DNA of 64,000 bases from Klebsormidium nitens (taxonomy: Eukaryota; Plantae; Klebsormidiophyceae), in assembly GCA_000708835.1 (NCBI GenBank), contig DF237091.1:111095-175094 (forward strand), written 5' to 3'. The notes beneath the pieces were generated by a model, which had not been told where the DNA came from, ran no database searches, and worked only from the letters and a program-made list of their open reading frames with translations. The position numbers were made by a program, and so were the translations under genes. Each line of letters begins with the position of its first letter. Position 1 is the first letter of the stretch. Positions 60,432 to 64,000 of this stretch are shown here, piece after piece.

Positions 60432-63400
60432 TCCCCTCCTGAGCCCGTGTCCACAACAAGGGCACACCTTACTACCTGTTTGGCTGGCGATCCTCCAGCG
60501 CTCGTCCACCCATGCACTGAGCACAGAACCAGTCCCCGTCAGGCACTGCTGACAAGGGACTGGCCAGACACTCTAGGTGCCAGCCTGCCCCGCAGCCGTC
60601 GCATGCAACAGCATGCGCGCTGCGCCAGTCGCCTTCCCGCAGCGCATGCAGGCAAAATCAGCCGACGGCACTGCCAACCTGGGGTCAACTCGCCCATCCA
60701 CATCTGCGCGGTGACAAGGAGCGCACCGCTCCACGTGCACCCGCACTGTCCGCGCGTCTGCTCCCTCCAGCTCCAGCACGCCGTTCCCCCCCACTGAGCG
60801 CACCCTCAGAATCCGCGCCCCCGCTCGCGTGTCCAGCGTATCCACCATCTCCCGCTGCAAGTAAACATAGTCTCCCACCTCGTAACGCACCACCTGCGGC
60901 TTCCACGCCCCACTCCTGGTCTTAGCATACCGCAGCGTGTCCCTGTGCTGGGCGATCTCCAAATTGCCCATCGCCATGGGCACCCACTTCTTGAACAGCG
61001 CCGCGCGCTCCTCCACCAGCGCCACCAGGCGAGCCTCGTCATCCAGGTCCAGCGACTCCTCCACCCTGACCTTGATGGCGCCAGGCACCACCGGCTCCCT
61101 GCCATGCAACAGCTGGTACGGGGAGAACCCCGCCAGAGAGTGCTGCGCACTGAAATTGTATCCCATGGCGATCCATGGCAGATACAAATGCCACTCCTCT
61201 GCGGGGTGCCCCAGGCACCACTTGCGCAGCGCCCGTTTCACCACCTGAACGATGCGCTCGCTCAACCCGTTCGCCTGCGGGTGATAGGCAGAGGTCGCCC
61301 GGTGGTCAATCAGCGCAGCATCCAGACACGCTTGGAATTCCCCCCCAAACTCACCGCCCCTGTCTGTCACCGCCTTAGCGCACGCCCCATATCGCGTCAA
61401 CACCTCTCGTGTGAAGACCGCAGCCACCGTGGACGCCGGCTCCTTGTCCACGGTGGGCGCCAGGACCACAGTCTTGCTGAAGTGCTCCACGAGCACCAGC
61501 ACATACTGATTCCCCCTCACCGACTTGGGGAGCGGTCCTGCGAAGTCCAACCCCCACCAGTAGAACAAGCCTCTGATGGGCAGCGGGTGGAGCGCTGGGT
61601 GCTTGGCATTGAAGGTGGCACGCACCCTGTCACATGCCTCGCAGCCCCTGACCGCATGCTCCACCTCCGCCGACAGTCCTACCCACCAATAGTGGGGACG
61701 CAGAAGGGACACCGTCTTGCGGACTCCCATGTGCCCAGCGCGCTCATGCAGGTCCCTAACCAGCTGCGCGCGCACCGCTGGCCGCGGAACCACCCTCGCC
61801 TCCCCGCTGGCTAACCTCCTGACCAAGTGGTCCTGCCGCCACTCGTACCCACGGGCCCGGTGATGCAGTCTGTCCCACTCCCGCGGGCTGCACCCTGCAG
61901 GCAGCCCCTCACCCCGCAGCACCGCCAACAGCCCCTGATCCTCCCACACATCTACTGGCGGCTGCACCCCTGTTCCTGGCCCCAGTCCCTGCTCCCCTTC
62001 CGGCTGCTCACCAGGCTGCCAGGACAGGCACGCCGCCGCCGACCACGCGAGCGCCCCCGCCTCCTCCAAGTCGCCCTCCTGCCTCACCCCAGCCCAGTCC
62101 GCGCTGCTCTGCTGGGGGAACCTACTCAGATAGTCCATCTCGTTGTCAACCCCCGGCTTGTGCTTGACTTCAAAATCGAACTCACTGAGCATGAGCGCCC
62201 ACCGCGCCAACTTCCCCGTGAGCTTGGAATTTGTCAAAATCCACTTGAGCGGCTGATGATCGCTTTCCAGCTGAAAGCGCTCACCATACAGGTACTGCCT
62301 TCAGAGCCGCACAAAGTACACTGCAGCTAAGAGCTCCCCCTCGAAGCTACTGTACCGCGCCTCCGCCTCATTGCAGCTGCGGCTCCCAAACGCCACCACC
62401 CGCTCAGCTCCGTCCGTATCCTGCTGAAGCAGAACCCCCCCTAGGCCCTTCTTGCTCCAGTCACAGCGCACCTTGAAAGGCCGCCCCCTCTTTGGCAAGA
62501 CCAGCACCGGACTCCCCTGCAGCGCCTGCTTCAGCGCTGTGAACGCCTGCTCCTCTTCCTCTCCCCAGCGCCAGGGGGCCCCCTTCTTGGTCAACGCATT
62601 CAGCGGGGCCGGCAGCCGGCTGCAGTCGGGGATGAACTGGCGGTAGTAATTTACCACCCCTGAGAATGCCTTCACTGAGGTCACGTCGGTGGGTCGCGGC
62701 AACGAAGCAATGGCCGCCACCTTGGCCACCTGCGGAGACACCACCCCCGGTCTCAACCACATGCCCAAGTATTCCACCGAATCCGCCCCGAAACAACACT
62801 TCTCCGGGTGGCACTTAAGCCCCACCTCCCGCAGCCGGTCGAACACCCTCTGCACCAACTCCATGTGCTCTTCCAGCGTCTCGCCCCCCGCCACCAGCAG
62901 GTCGTCTATGAAGCTGCGCGCAAACCCCTCCAACCCCCTGAGCGTCCTGTCAATCGCCCGCTGAAACCACGCGCTCGCGTTCCTTGCCCCAAACGGACAC
63001 CGCTTCCAGCAATACAGTTTGCTGCTGGACCAGAATGCCAACTTCCGCCGGTCCTCCTTCCGCACCACCAGCTGGTGAAACGCGCCCCGTATGTCAATGG
63101 TGGAGTAGAACTTGGCATGGCACAGCCCCTCCAACACCTCCTCAGGCAGCGGCATCGGGTACCGATCCTGCGCTGTCTGCTCATTCACCCGGCGCAGATC
63201 CGTGCAGAACCGGGAGAGCTTCCAATTCCCCTCGGGATCCTTCTTGGCTGCCATCACTGAATTGGCTGCGATGTCGGAGTCACACTCCTCAATGATCCCT
63301 GCCCGTTCCAGCTCCCGGCACCGCTCATCCACCAGCTCCCATGTTTTCGCGCTGTGCTTGCGCGGCCTCTCAAAGATAGGTTGATCCGTTTTCAAGTCCA

Positions 63401-64000
63401 GCTGGACCTCAAACAACCTGAACTCCCCTATCTCCTCTAGGCTAAACGCAAACAGGTCCCTGTTTTTCTCCACCACGCCCGCCGCGTGCTCCTTTTCGCC
63501 CTCCTCCAGCTGCGAACCCACCACCCAGCCTGACGCCATCTTGCTCCCCTGCGGCAGCTCCACCCCCGCAGCGCTGGCAGCCGCCCCCAGCGCCCCCACA
63601 CTGGACATCTCACTTCCCTGAAGGGGGCCCTGCCTCAGCATCACCAGCGCGCGCCCCTGTCGCCCTGCCGTTGGTCGCCCCGACGACAGCAGCGCCAGCG
63701 CGCTCCCCTCCAGCTCCAGCCGCCCCAGCGCCAGCAGCGCCAGCGCGCTCCCCTCCAGCGCCAGTCGCCCCAGCGCCAGCAGCGCCAGCGCGCTCCCCTC
63801 CAGCGCTAGCCGCCCCAGCGCCAACAGCGCCCGCCCGCACCACTGTCCCCATTTTAGCCACAGGGGGGCTCACACGGCTGGGCCCGCCGCGAGCACCCCC
63901 CCGCTCCTCCTTCCCAGCTGCCACCGCCAGCTGTCCAATGCCTGAGACAGAGGGGCTCACACGGCTGGGCCCGCCGCAAGCACCCCCCCGCTCCTCCTTC
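60432..64000 (-). mobile_element. Degenerate Ty3/gypsy LTR retrotransposon, pol region (RT, RNase H, integrase, PHD finger); 5' part outside window
   Basis: RT: RFCTDLRRVN, STIDIRGAFHQ, CPFGARNA, SFIDDLL. RNase H: VRCDWS, FEGELLA, SDHQPL, interrupted by an in-frame TGA at 62303-62301. Integrase: HERAGH..CEAC, WGLDFAGP, VTDRGGEF, NGLSER. Domain order RT-RH-IN indicates gypsy. A C-terminal PHD is restored by a 2-nt frameshift near 60605 and ends at 60472. Confidence 0.95.
63690..63824 (-). repeat. 45-bp coding tandem repeat x3 upstream of RT (ALGRLALEGSALALL)
   Basis: Visible in DNA and in the translated pol frame. An additional ~84-bp duplication lies at ~63860-64000. Confidence 0.85.

Noticed and set aside
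36565-64000. DRM as cargo of the retrotransposon (methyltransferase-carrying retroelements are reported in some algae)
   Set aside because: The DRM has its own intron, lies ~22 kb from the gypsy element with host genes in between, and is beyond the element's 3' PPT/LTR.
1-64000. tRNA, rRNA or snoRNA genes
   Set aside because: No convincing cloverleaf, A/B-box pair or rRNA segment was recognised by eye. tRNAscan-SE and Infernal would be needed to exclude them.

Overview
Eukaryotic nuclear DNA with GT-AG introns (GTGAG/GTAAG donors, YTGCAG acceptors) and plant-type genes; the intron style and gene set suggest a streptophyte alga such as Klebsormidium (inference). It has one 949-nt N gap. Manually spliced genes in order: TFIIIC B-block-binding subunit (GTF3C1-like, minus, 3' part not found), LRR protein (+), complex I subunit NDUFS5 (-), P2B Ca2+-ATPase (ACA, +, 5' end probably in the gap), multi-pass membrane protein (-), circularly permuted DRM-type cytosine methyltransferase (-), bacterial ParA/Soj-type ATPase fused by six phase-1 introns to a basic/SAP-like eukaryotic tail (+), SAMC-like mitochondrial carrier (-), PPR-like protein (+), and the pol-3' end of a degenerate Ty3/gypsy element with a PHD-finger integrase (-). 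Three observations stand out. (1) The spliced ParA fusion carries duplicated SAP-like modules and NLS-like tails. (2) The divergently transcribed DRM carries UBZ-, UIM- and MIU-like ubiquitin-binding motifs instead of UBA domains. (3) Decayed tandem copies of splice junctions recur inside introns of unrelated genes. All protein family calls rest on motif recognition by eye; no database search was run.
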